From assembly GCA_042572165.1 (NCBI GenBank), contig JBHPFF010000002.1:1-60224 (forward strand): 60,224 bases of DNA, read 5' to 3'. The translations under genes were made by a program, and so were the position numbers. Of the stretch, positions 35,314 to 44,376 are shown one piece after another. The stretch's first letter is position 1; each line of letters begins with the position of its first letter. Origin of the DNA: Candidatus Latescibacterota bacterium. Its GTDB lineage: Bacteria; Latescibacterota; Latescibacteria; Latescibacterales; Latescibacteraceae. A model generated the notes under the pieces. The model was given only the letters and a program-made list of their open reading frames with translations, was not told the origin of the DNA and did no database searches.

Positions 35314-36186
35314 ATGTATGCTATTTTAGAAAAGAAGCTCATAGCTCCCGGGGTAACTATGGCAAAAATCGTTGCTCCGAAAATAGCTGAGACCCGTAAA
35401 GCAGGCCAGTTTATCATAATGAGGATTTACGAAAAGGGAGAACGTATACCCCTGACAATTGCCGATGCCGATCCTGAAGATGGAACAATAACGGTTGTTT
35501 CACAGGGAGTCGGTAAATCCACAACACACTTTGAGAATATGCCCATTTCGCATGGCATTATTGATATTGTTGGCCCGCTTGGTCATCCAACACGTATCGA
35601 AAACTACGGTCATGTCGCCTGTGTGGGTGGTGGAATCGGTATTGCACCGGTATATCCGATCGCGCAGGCTATGAAAAAAGCAGGGAACCGTGTGACATCT
35701 ATCCTTGGCGGCAGGACGAAACATTTTGTCATACTTGAGGACTGGATGCGCAGGGTTTCGGATGAAGTCTATTGTTCAACCGATGACGGGTCATACGGTA
35801 AAAAGGGTTTTGTTACGGATTTGATAAAGGAACGAGTTGAAAAAGGAGACCGGTTCGATTTAGCTGTTGCGATTGGCCCTGTGCCGATGATGAGGGCAGT
35901 TTCCGGGCTAACTAAAAAATTGAATATCCCCACAATAGTCAGTCTTAATACGATCATGGTGGATGGCACCGGCATGTGTGGAGGATGTAGAATTACAGTT
36001 GGAGATGAAACGAAGTTTGCGTGTGTGGATGGTCCTGAATTTGACGGTCATCAGGTTGATTTTGAGGAATTAACCCTTCGCCTTCAGATATTCAAGGAAT
36101 ACGAAAACATGGCAATGAAACTTTACGAATCTGAAACCGTAAATAAGAATTGTATTAAAAAAAGGACATTCGATGGGACAAAATAA
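35314..36186 (+). CDS. nfnA: NfnA-like ferredoxin-NADP+ reductase small subunit (FAD/NAD-binding, 2Fe-2S; sulfide dehydrogenase/DHOD electron-transfer-subunit family)
   Basis: AAGGAG lies 12 nt upstream of the ATG at 35314. MYAILEKK...AGQFIIMR...IPLTIAD is followed by the C-terminal CGGCRITVGDETKFACVDGPEF cluster motif. Confidence 0.65.
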   Translation: MYAILEKKLIAPGVTMAKIVAPKIAETRKAGQFIIMRIYEKGERIPLTIADADPEDGTITVVSQGVGKSTTHFENMPISHGIIDIVGPLGHPTRIENYGHVACVGGGIGIAPVYPIAQAMKKAGNRVTSILGGRTKHFVILEDWMRRVSDEVYCSTDDGSYGKKGFVTDLIKERVEKGDRFDLAVAIGPVPMMRAVSGLTKKLNIPTIVSLNTIMVDGTGMCGGCRITVGDETKFACVDGPEFDGHQVDFEELTLRLQIFKEYENMAMKLYESETVNKNCIKKRTFDGTK

Positions 36187-37582
36187 GATGAACATACCCC
36201 GCCAGCCGATGAAAGAACAGCCTCCTGAAGAGCGGGTGAAGAATTCTCTTGAGGTTCCTCTCGGATATGATCCTGAAACTGCCATGCGTGAAGCAGAAAG
36301 GTGCCTTCAGTGCAAAAAAATGCCCTGCGTTGATGGATGCCCGGTTAATATTGACATTCCGGGATTTATCAGGCTGATAGGTGAGGGTAAATTCATTGAA
36401 GCCGCACTGAAGATAAAGGAGACAAATTTGCTGCCGGCTGTCTGCGGGCGAGTATGCCCCCAGGAAGATCAGTGTGAAAAGTTATGTGTGCGTGGAAAGA
36501 AAGGCGAGCCGGTAGCCATCGGCAGGCTTGAGAGGTTCGTTTCTGACATTGAACGTGAGCAGGGAAATATATCTATTCCTGAAATCCCATATTCAACAGG
36601 AAAGAAAGTTGCAGTTATAGGTTCGGGACCATCGAGTCTGACTGTTGCAGGAGACCTGGTCAAAATGGGTCATGAGGTCATCGTTTTTGAGGCGCTGCAC
36701 AAACCCGGCGGGGTGCTTGTATACGGCATACCTGAATTCAGGCTCCCGAAAGCAATTGTGGAAGCGGAAATTACTTATCTTGAAAAACTCGGTGTAACGT
36801 TTGAATTGAATAGTGTTATTGGACGGATCGATACCATAGACGGCTTGTTTGAGGACGGATTCGATGCCGTATATGTGGCAACTGGTGCAGGTGCGCCGAT
36901 ATTTCTTGGCGTTACGGGTGAAAACCTTGGAAGAGTGTTCAGTGCAAATGAGTATCTGACACGATCCAACCTTATGAAGGGCTACCTGTTTCCTGAGTAC
37001 GATACTCCCATGCCGAGAAGCCGGAAAGTTATAGTTCTCGGGGGTGGAAACGTGGCGATGGACTCTGCCCGTACAGCCAAACGCCTTTTTCCTGAAAAGG
37101 TCACTATTCTTTACCGGAGAAGTGCGGCTGAAATGCCTGCCAGAGACGAAGAAATTGAACATGCTAAAGAAGAAGGAATTGAGTTCCAATTACTTACCGC
37201 TCCCGTCGAATTTACCGGCGACGATTCACGAATGGTCCGCACAGTTAAATGTATCCGTATGGAACTTGGCGAACCCGACGAATCCGGGAGACGCAGGCCG
37301 ATTCCGATTCCCGGTTCGGAATTCGATGTGGAAGCCGATACCGTGATCGTCGCTATAGGTAACATGCCAAATCCCCTTATCCCGAAAACGACACCGGATT
37401 TGCCCCTCGGCAGGCGCGGGACGATAATAGCCGATGAAAAAGGCAGAACAGGGAAGAAAGGTGTTTTTGCCGGCGGCGATGTCGTCACAGGTGCGGCAAC
37501 CGTAATCCAGGCCATGGGTGCCGGAAGAATAGCAGCCCAAAGCATACATGAGTATATCATGGGTGATGGGGATTGGAAGTGA
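36173..37582 (+). CDS. nfnB: NfnB-like / GltD-like NADPH-dependent oxidoreductase subunit (2x[4Fe-4S] + FAD/NADPH)
   Basis: It overlaps nfnA by 14 nt. Motifs are CLQCKKMPCVDGCPV, CGRVCPQEDQCE, VAVIGSGPSSLTVAGDL and VLGGGNVAMD. Confidence 0.7.
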   Translation: MGQNKMNIPRQPMKEQPPEERVKNSLEVPLGYDPETAMREAERCLQCKKMPCVDGCPVNIDIPGFIRLIGEGKFIEAALKIKETNLLPAVCGRVCPQEDQCEKLCVRGKKGEPVAIGRLERFVSDIEREQGNISIPEIPYSTGKKVAVIGSGPSSLTVAGDLVKMGHEVIVFEALHKPGGVLVYGIPEFRLPKAIVEAEITYLEKLGVTFELNSVIGRIDTIDGLFEDGFDAVYVATGAGAPIFLGVTGENLGRVFSANEYLTRSNLMKGYLFPEYDTPMPRSRKVIVLGGGNVAMDSARTAKRLFPEKVTILYRRSAAEMPARDEEIEHAKEEGIEFQLLTAPVEFTGDDSRMVRTVKCIRMELGEPDESGRRRPIPIPGSEFDVEADTVIVAIGNMPNPLIPKTTPDLPLGRRGTIIADEKGRTGKKGVFAGGDVVTGAATVIQAMGAGRIAAQSIHEYIMGDGDWK

Positions 37583-38910
37583 GGCAAAAACCGAATAATG
37601 ATTACAGTCAGGCGCTTGATTTTCTTTACAGTTTTATTGATTATGAACGCGACCACAAGTGGTCCTATGACAGCGGTCATTTTAATCTTGACCGGGTAAG
37701 AACTTTTTTCGAAGCCCTCGGAAATCCTCACTGTCACGGTTGGTTTGTTCATATTGCCGGAACGAACGGGAAAGGTTCCGTTGCAGCAATGATAGCAAAC
37801 AGTCTATCGAGTGAGGGTTTTTGTACGGGACTTTATACTTCCCCGCATCTGGTTTCCTTCCTCGAAAGGATCAGGATTGACGGTCGCATGATTACACCTG
37901 AGGAGTTAGTAGAGGATGTTAATCGCATCAGGAGTGTCACAGAGCGTTTTCCGGGTCTCACCTTTTTTGATGTCTGGACAGGGCTTGCTTTTGATTATTT
38001 TGCCCACAGTTCTGTTGATGTTTCAGTGATAGAAGTGGGGATGGGCGGACGGCTTGATTCCACGAATGTAATTACCCCCGCAATATCAGTAATTACCTCG
38101 ATATCAATAGATCATCGCGGAAAACTTGGCGATACACTTTCAGAAATTGCCCTGGAGAAATCAGGTGTTATCAAACACGGAATTCCGGTGGTAAGCGCCC
38201 CACAGGAGCCGGAGGTTCTCAATGTGCTTGAGGAAAAGGCAAATGAAATCGGAACGACACTTACACTTGTTGGACGTGATATTAAATTCCATCAAATCAA
38301 TAATGGAATATACTATAGTGGTCTATTATGGGATTTTGACCGCGTTAAAGTTCCTCTTACTGGAAACGTGCAATCGCTGAATGCAGCGGTAGCATTGGCT
38401 TCACTTGAAATTCTGGCTTCATGTGGATACAACATTGATCCAGGTTCGGCGAGGACAGGTATTGAAACGGTACAGTGGCCCGGGCGTCTCCAGATTATTG
38501 CAAAAGAGCCGTATGTCATAGTGGATGGTGCATGCAATCCCGAAGCAATGAGCGCTGTATGCGAGTTTGTGTCATCGATAATGCCCAGGGATAAAACGAT
38601 AGCTGTTGTGGGTATGTGTAAAGATAAAGAGGTTAAACAGGTGCTCGGTATTCTTGCAGAGACTGCCACAAAGTTTGTTTTTACACGGGTTGAAAATCCC
38701 CGAGCAATGAATGTGGAGGAAATGGCTGAACTTTCGCCGGAATCGGTTGAAACATGGCTTGAACAAGATTCGAAAGATGCTGTCGAAAAAGCCGTTTCAC
38801 TTGCCGGAAGATATGGACTTGTACTTGTGACTGGTTCGTTATATCTTGTTGGTGAGGTGCTTAAGTGTTATGGAATCATGGTGCCATGTACATATGATGT
38901 TACTCATTGA
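37573..38910 (+). CDS. folC: Folylpolyglutamate synthase / dihydrofolate synthase
   Basis: HIAGTNGKGSV P-loop, EVGMGGRLDSTNV, and the Mur-ligase layout. The non-ATG start (TTG 37573 or GTG 37579) overlaps the nfnB stop, so the start is uncertain. Confidence 0.75.
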   Translation: MEVRQKPNNDYSQALDFLYSFIDYERDHKWSYDSGHFNLDRVRTFFEALGNPHCHGWFVHIAGTNGKGSVAAMIANSLSSEGFCTGLYTSPHLVSFLERIRIDGRMITPEELVEDVNRIRSVTERFPGLTFFDVWTGLAFDYFAHSSVDVSVIEVGMGGRLDSTNVITPAISVITSISIDHRGKLGDTLSEIALEKSGVIKHGIPVVSAPQEPEVLNVLEEKANEIGTTLTLVGRDIKFHQINNGIYYSGLLWDFDRVKVPLTGNVQSLNAAVALASLEILASCGYNIDPGSARTGIETVQWPGRLQIIAKEPYVIVDGACNPEAMSAVCEFVSSIMPRDKTIAVVGMCKDKEVKQVLGILAETATKFVFTRVENPRAMNVEEMAELSPESVETWLEQDSKDAVEKAVSLAGRYGLVLVTGSLYLVGEVLKCYGIMVPCTYDVTH

Positions 38911-38998
38911 AAAATCTCGATATTGATTGAATTATGAAAAAGGCATATATAATATAGTGAAATAAATCACGATATAAGGAATCCCGGGAGAGTGGATC

Positions 38999-39550
38999 AT
39001 GTTGAGAGACAAAACTATTGTGCTTGCGGTTACCGCCAGTATTGCAGCATATAAAAGTGCAGAAATCATAAGGGAACTAAAAAACGCCAACGCGGAAGTT
39101 CTGGTTATTATGACAGAGGGAGCTGCCGAGTTTATCACTCCTCTTACGCTTGAAACCCTTTCCCAGAATCCTGTTGCTGTGGAAATGTTCAACAGGAACA
39201 ACAGTTGGAGTCTCGAACATGTAGCCCTTGCAGATCGTGCCGATTGTTTGATTGTCGCTCCCGCAACAGCCAATATACTCGGCAAAACTGCCACTGGAAT
39301 AGCTGATGATCTTGTCAGTACGACGATTTTAACTATGATGTCGACCATCCCGATCCTTATGGCGCCTGCAATGAATTCTCGTATGTGGGAAAATCCTATT
39401 GTACAGGAGAACGTAAAAATCCTCGAGAATGCCGGTGTTCATTTTGTCGGTCCTGCCAAGGGCAAACTGGCTGACGGTCGTATTGGTGTCGGAAGAATGG
39501 CGAGGGTTAATGAAATTCTAGATGCTGTCCGGCAGATCTTTGTTAAATGA
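38999..39550 (+). CDS. coaC: Phosphopantothenoylcysteine decarboxylase-type flavoprotein (CoaC domain only, no CoaB half)
   Basis: Motifs VTASIAAYKSAEIIRELK, APATANILGKTATGIADDLVST and APAMNSRMWENP. At 183 aa there is no room for the synthetase domain. Confidence 0.7.
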   Translation: MLRDKTIVLAVTASIAAYKSAEIIRELKNANAEVLVIMTEGAAEFITPLTLETLSQNPVAVEMFNRNNSWSLEHVALADRADCLIVAPATANILGKTATGIADDLVSTTILTMMSTIPILMAPAMNSRMWENPIVQENVKILENAGVHFVGPAKGKLADGRIGVGRMARVNEILDAVRQIFVK

Positions 39551-40440
39551 ATAACCTGCTTGTAAGAACGGGAGGGCTTGGCGATTGTGCCCTCACATTG
39601 CCTGTAGCAGCCTCCATTAAAAGACGATATCCCGGAGCGGGACTGCATGTTCTCGGTAATGAAACGATGCTTTCTGTTGCGCGTCTTTCAGGGATTTTTG
39701 ACGGATTTCATTCTGTGGATGCCCATGGGTATTCTGATATATTTTCTCCCTCGGAGCCTGCTGATTTTGTCAGATCATTTTTCATGGAATTCGAAAATGT
39801 TTATTTCTTTACAACTGCTGATAAAGACAATATTATAAGGAAGATAACTGATGCAGGAGCTCAGTCTTGTTATGTACTGGATCCCCGTAAGCCGGATTAC
39901 CATCAAAAACATATCATTCAACACCTGATGACAATTTTGGGGGACTCAGAACCGGGTCATGATATAAATGACGGTTTTAAAATCATCGGTACATATGATA
40001 GTGATAACAGACATCACGGGATAGTCATTCATCCCGGCAGCGGGAGCCTCATGAAGAACTGGCCTCTTAAGCGATATATTCGTTTTGCCGGTGAGGTGGA
40101 CAACCATGTAACATTTATTTTGGGTCCTGCGGAGATTGAACGAGGTATGTATTGTGCGATATCGCCGGATCGTTATACCGTCATTTCTCCGGAGACGCTC
40201 AACGATTTATGGGATGTTTTGCGAGGTACCGGTATTTATATTGGAAATGATTCGGGAGTGAGCCATCTTGCCTCGCTCTCCGGAACACCGGGAGTAGTTC
40301 TTTTCGGCCCTACTGATCCTGTGGTATGGAGACCACTCGGCACAAGGATAACGGTAGTGACATCCCCTGACGGTACAATGAATGGTATAAGTGTGGAAGA
40401 TGTTCTCAGGCGTATTGAAAATATTCAGTTTCAAAGATAG
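39547..40440 (+). CDS. Glycosyltransferase family 9 (heptosyltransferase-like)
   Basis: ATGA start/stop overlap with coaC. Motifs are GGLGDCALTLPVAASIKRRYP and IGNDSGVSHLASLSGTPGVVLFGPTDPVVWRP. Confidence 0.7.
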   Translation: MNNLLVRTGGLGDCALTLPVAASIKRRYPGAGLHVLGNETMLSVARLSGIFDGFHSVDAHGYSDIFSPSEPADFVRSFFMEFENVYFFTTADKDNIIRKITDAGAQSCYVLDPRKPDYHQKHIIQHLMTILGDSEPGHDINDGFKIIGTYDSDNRHHGIVIHPGSGSLMKNWPLKRYIRFAGEVDNHVTFILGPAEIERGMYCAISPDRYTVISPETLNDLWDVLRGTGIYIGNDSGVSHLASLSGTPGVVLFGPTDPVVWRPLGTRITVVTSPDGTMNGISVEDVLRRIENIQFQR

Positions 40441-41136
40441 TTATTTACATTTGTCACGAGCGATTTCTGCATCTGACTTTTTCAGGTAAACCGGCTTGAG
40501 AGCGACAGGATTGATAGAGTTGCCTGTGTGGAACATCATAAGACCGATCTGTGCCACCGCAACACCTGATGGCTGTGCTTTTTCAGATGTAATGAATGAA
40601 ACCGATGATTCGGTACGTTCCTCAATAGCAGCCTTGAACTTTTCAGCGGCAGGACCTGTAATAAGCACCTGTTCATCAAAGGAATTGAGGGTATCAGCCA
40701 GTTTTGGGATTGTCAGAGCAGATGGAGAAACGATAACCGAGGGGACCCCCTCACTGGTTCGGTAAAGAGCGGAATAGACCTCGAACCTTCTGGCATCGAT
40801 GAGTGGGCACACGAGTGCTCCGGGTTTTGACGCATTCCATGCTATCGCCATGAGTGTATTTACGCCTGCAACCTCTGCTTTGAGTCCGTAAGCAAGTCCC
40901 ATTGCGGTGGCGATTCCAATGCGAAGGCCTGTAAAACTACCGGGACCGAGCGATACTGATACACCCTGAATGTCTGTAGCGGTTATCCCTGCTTCATCCA
41001 CCAGTTCCAAGATATATCTCGCGAGAAGCTCACAGTGAGAGGAACGGGAAGTTATTGAACGACTGTGAACTTTACCGTTATGAATGAGTGCAGCGCTCAG
41101 GCGCTCGGTTGCTGTTTCAATACCGAGAATGTTCAT
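40441..41136 (-). CDS. tsaB: tRNA t6A37 biosynthesis protein TsaB
   Basis: MNILGIETATERLSAALI... and GPGSFTGLRIG. I prefer the start at Met11 of the ORF (41136); the ORF extends to 41166. Its stop directly abuts the GT9 stop. Confidence 0.75.
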   Translation of the reverse strand: MNILGIETATERLSAALIHNGKVHSRSITSRSSHCELLARYILELVDEAGITATDIQGVSVSLGPGSFTGLRIGIATAMGLAYGLKAEVAGVNTLMAIAWNASKPGALVCPLIDARRFEVYSALYRTSEGVPSVIVSPSALTIPKLADTLNSFDEQVLITGPAAEKFKAAIEERTESSVSFITSEKAQPSGVAVAQIGLMMFHTGNSINPVALKPVYLKKSDAEIARDKCK

Positions 41137-41239
41137 GCGGGGTACCTCTAAAATAGACTTTTCCACAGATTTGTTTTCAAAATAGTTTCATCTATTGACC
41201 TGAGTTCTATGTAATAATATATTGAAATTGGAGGAAGGA

Positions 41240-42166
41240 ATGAAATATATTTACGGCCCTGTTCCGTCACGCCGTCTCGGCTTGTCATTAGGTATAGATA
41301 TTATACCTCCCAAGCACTGTACTCTGTCATGCATATACTGCCAGCTAGGAAAAACGCCTCATATCACGATTGAGCATCACGAATACATACCAGCGGAAAA
41401 GGTGCTTGAAGAGTTAAAAGAACTGTTACACCGGGGAGTTAAAACTGACTGGATAACATTTGCAGGTTCGGGTGAACCGACACTGCATTCCGGTTTGGGC
41501 AGCATGATAAGAAACGTCAAATCATTGACTGATATACCGGTTTGTGTTATAACCAACGGCACATTGCTCTGGGACCCGTGTGTGCAAAAAGAACTCCTTG
41601 GTGCTGATGCAGTGTTGCCCTCACTTGACAGTGCTGTTGAACAAACATTTCAGGATATTTGTCATCCCCATCGAGATCTGAGCATTGTTGAGATTATTGA
41701 TGGTCTCGTGCAATTCAGAAAAGAGTATTCAGGAAAAATATTACTTGAGATTTTATTCGTTAAAGGGCTTAATGATTCTCAAAAAGAACTTGAGCACTTG
41801 CGTGATGCTGTTAAAAAGATCAAGCCTGATGAGGTTCATCTTAACACGGTGGTTCGTCCCCCGGCGGAAAATTCAGCCGAGCCTCTTTCGAGAGAGCAGC
41901 TTGAGGAGATACGGGATTATTTTGGTAAAAACACTGTAATAATTGCAGAATTCAAAACGGATTCGGCACGTCACGCTCACGCTGGTATAAATGAGATAAA
42001 GGAATATCTTAAAAGGCGCCCGGGAAGTCTCGTTGATATTTCAACTGCTCTAGGTATAAATGAAAATGAGGCAAAAAAGATGCTTGAACGTTTAACTGAG
42101 TGCGGCGAGGTTGTTAGAAGAAACTATTTACGAAAGGATTACTGGGAATATCCCGGCAAATCATAG
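41240..42166 (+). CDS. Radical SAM protein, substrate unknown
   Basis: GGAGGAAGG RBS before the ATG at 41240. MKYIYGPVPSRRLGLSLGIDIIPPKHCTLSCIYCQLG contains the CxxxCxxC motif. GSGEPTL follows. Confidence 0.75.
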   Translation: MKYIYGPVPSRRLGLSLGIDIIPPKHCTLSCIYCQLGKTPHITIEHHEYIPAEKVLEELKELLHRGVKTDWITFAGSGEPTLHSGLGSMIRNVKSLTDIPVCVITNGTLLWDPCVQKELLGADAVLPSLDSAVEQTFQDICHPHRDLSIVEIIDGLVQFRKEYSGKILLEILFVKGLNDSQKELEHLRDAVKKIKPDEVHLNTVVRPPAENSAEPLSREQLEEIRDYFGKNTVIIAEFKTDSARHAHAGINEIKEYLKRRPGSLVDISTALGINENEAKKMLERLTECGEVVRRNYLRKDYWEYPGKS

Positions 42167-42277
42167 ATTATTTTGCCAGAACTGAGTTCGGAGATTGTTC
42201 CGGTGTTTTTTTGACTGGTGGCAGTTCTTCCAATAACTTTGCACTTCAATCCGAAAGTACTCCGGCGGGCAAAATGC

Positions 42278-42306
42278 TTGACTCAGTATATTGTTTTTTG
42301 TATACA
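42278..42306 (+). promoter_or_regulatory. Candidate sigma-70-like promoter
   Basis: TTGACT-N17-TATACA lies 88 nt upstream of the 42395 start. This is a consensus match only. Confidence 0.3.
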
Positions 42307-42394
42307 TATATATAATTTTATCTTTGTAAGATAGGTATTCAATCACTTCTATATAACAAACAGGCTTATAAAATTTCAAATCGGATGACCGAAG

Positions 42395-42787
42395 ATGATA
42401 TCAAACGTTGAGTTCCTCAAAAAAATAGAGGATATAGCGGAAAAAGATAAGCGATACCGAAAAGAAATGTATCTCTTCATTCTTGCCGCTCTTGAATATA
42501 CAATATCGAAACTGCCTGAACGACGTCATGTGACAGGTCAGGAACTGTCGTTTGGGGTTGCCGAATATGCCCGGGAAAAGTATGGGTATATGGCGCGCCT
42601 TGTATTGAATAATTGGGGTGTTAAAACAACCGCTGATTTTGGTGAAATTGTATACCTGATGATCGAACAAGGGATCATGAGCAAAATTAAAAATGACAGC
42701 AAAAGTGATTTTACAGACGTATTTAGTTTCGATAAAGAGTTTAACTGGGAAAGGTTCAGACCTTCGATATCTTCCGGGAGGATTTAA
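42395..42787 (+). CDS. Conserved hypothetical protein; resembles what I recall as the Minf_1886 family (unverified)
   Basis: 130-aa ORF. YRKEMYLFILAALEYT...HVTGQELSFGVAEYAREKYGYMARLVLNNWGVKTTADFGEIVYLMIEQG. It ends 6 nt before comM. Confidence 0.5.
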   Translation: MISNVEFLKKIEDIAEKDKRYRKEMYLFILAALEYTISKLPERRHVTGQELSFGVAEYAREKYGYMARLVLNNWGVKTTADFGEIVYLMIEQGIMSKIKNDSKSDFTDVFSFDKEFNWERFRPSISSGRI

Positions 42788-42792
42788 TTACC

Positions 42793-44334
42793 ATGTTCGC
42801 GCGTGTTCGATCCGGAGCGGTTCTGGGAGTGGACGCTTATATTGTCGAAGTGGAGACAGATCTGGAATTTCGATTACCATCCATGACCACTGTTGGACTT
42901 GCCGAGGGTGCTGTTAAAGAAAGTAAAGAACGTGTAACCTCCGCTATAAAGAACTCCGGGTATTCTTTTCCCCAGAAACGTATAACCATAAATCTTGCAC
43001 CGGCTGATATCAGGAAGGAAGGGTCGGCTTTCGATCTCCCCATGGCTGTGGGAATTCTTGCCGCAGATGGAAAGCTGCCTCACCACTCTCTTGAGCGCTA
43101 TGTCCTTATGGGAGAATTGTCTCTTGACGGGTCTTTACGTCACGTTCGTGGTGTGTTGCCGATTACAATGGCAGTCAGGGAAGCTGGATACGAAGGGATC
43201 ATTGTGCCGTATGAGGATGGCAAGGAAGCAGCGCTTGTGGATAATATAGACGTGTATCCCGCACGCGATCTCAGGCAGGTTGCGGACTTTTTATCCGATC
43301 AGCTGAATCTCACCAAACAGACACATCCTGCCATGAATTCACTGGTAATGAAAAATCAGGCAGATGTTGATTTTAGTGATGTTAAGGGTCAGGCACATGT
43401 AAAGCGGGCTCTGGAAATTGCTGCGTCGGGCAGTCATAACGTTCTCATGATCGGTCCTCCGGGTTCAGGCAAGACCATGCTTGCACGGAGAATGCCCACT
43501 ATTCTTCCTGAAATGAGCATCGAGGAAGCTCTTGAAACGACAAAAATACATTCCGTGACTGGGTTTTTACATGACGGTAATCCGATGGTTGTCGAACGGC
43601 CATTCAGAGATCCTCATCACACAATCTCAGAAATTGCCCTGGTTGGTGGTGGTAGCTATCCGAGGCCCGGCGAAGTGAGCCTGGCTCATAATGGTGTATT
43701 ATTTCTCGATGAATTGCCCGAACTTGGAAAGAAAAACATCGAATCTCTCAGGCAGCCGATTGAAGACGGCACTGTGAGGATATCAAGGGCATCATTTTCA
43801 GTTGTATTTCCGGCCTCATTCATACTTGTGACAGCGATGAATCCCTGTCCCTGCGGTTATTTAACCGATCCTGCACATGAATGCACCTGTACTCCCTATG
43901 CAATTCAGCGCTACATGGCAAAAGTTTCCGGCCCAATTATGGACAGAATTGATTTACATATTGAGGTGCCGAGTGTAAAATATCGCGATCTTGCGGATAC
44001 CTCCGACAGCGGCGAAAAATCTGATGAAGTTCGTAAACGTGTTAACCGTGCACGCGAAATCCAGAGGCTCCGCTTTGCTAATTTCAGGCAAATCCACGCT
44101 AATGCTCACATAAAGCCGAGGTTAATAAAGCGTTTTTGCTCTCTTGATGAAGAAGGGAAGAAAATACTAGAGCGGTCAATTGAATCGTTCGGTTTCTCGG
44201 CGCGTGCATACCATAGGATTCTCAAAGTTGCAAGAACAATTGCCGACCTTGAGGGGGATGAATATATTTTGTCAAAACATATATCAGAGGCTGTGCAATA
44301 CAGAACACTTGACAGAAATCTCTGGTTGAAGTAA
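42793..44334 (+). CDS. comM: YifB/ComM family Mg-chelatase-like AAA+ ATPase
   Basis: N-terminal Lon-protease-like MFARVRSGAVLGVDAYIVEVE. Walker A is GPPGSGKTMLARRMP and Walker B is LFLDELPE. The C-terminal part is ARAYHRILKVARTIADLEG. Confidence 0.85.
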   Translation: MFARVRSGAVLGVDAYIVEVETDLEFRLPSMTTVGLAEGAVKESKERVTSAIKNSGYSFPQKRITINLAPADIRKEGSAFDLPMAVGILAADGKLPHHSLERYVLMGELSLDGSLRHVRGVLPITMAVREAGYEGIIVPYEDGKEAALVDNIDVYPARDLRQVADFLSDQLNLTKQTHPAMNSLVMKNQADVDFSDVKGQAHVKRALEIAASGSHNVLMIGPPGSGKTMLARRMPTILPEMSIEEALETTKIHSVTGFLHDGNPMVVERPFRDPHHTISEIALVGGGSYPRPGEVSLAHNGVLFLDELPELGKKNIESLRQPIEDGTVRISRASFSVVFPASFILVTAMNPCPCGYLTDPAHECTCTPYAIQRYMAKVSGPIMDRIDLHIEVPSVKYRDLADTSDSGEKSDEVRKRVNRAREIQRLRFANFRQIHANAHIKPRLIKRFCSLDEEGKKILERSIESFGFSARAYHRILKVARTIADLEGDEYILSKHISEAVQYRTLDRNLWLK

Positions 44335-44376
44335 TTTATTTTAATAATAGTTGAATTTTTATCGGTTGAAATCAAG

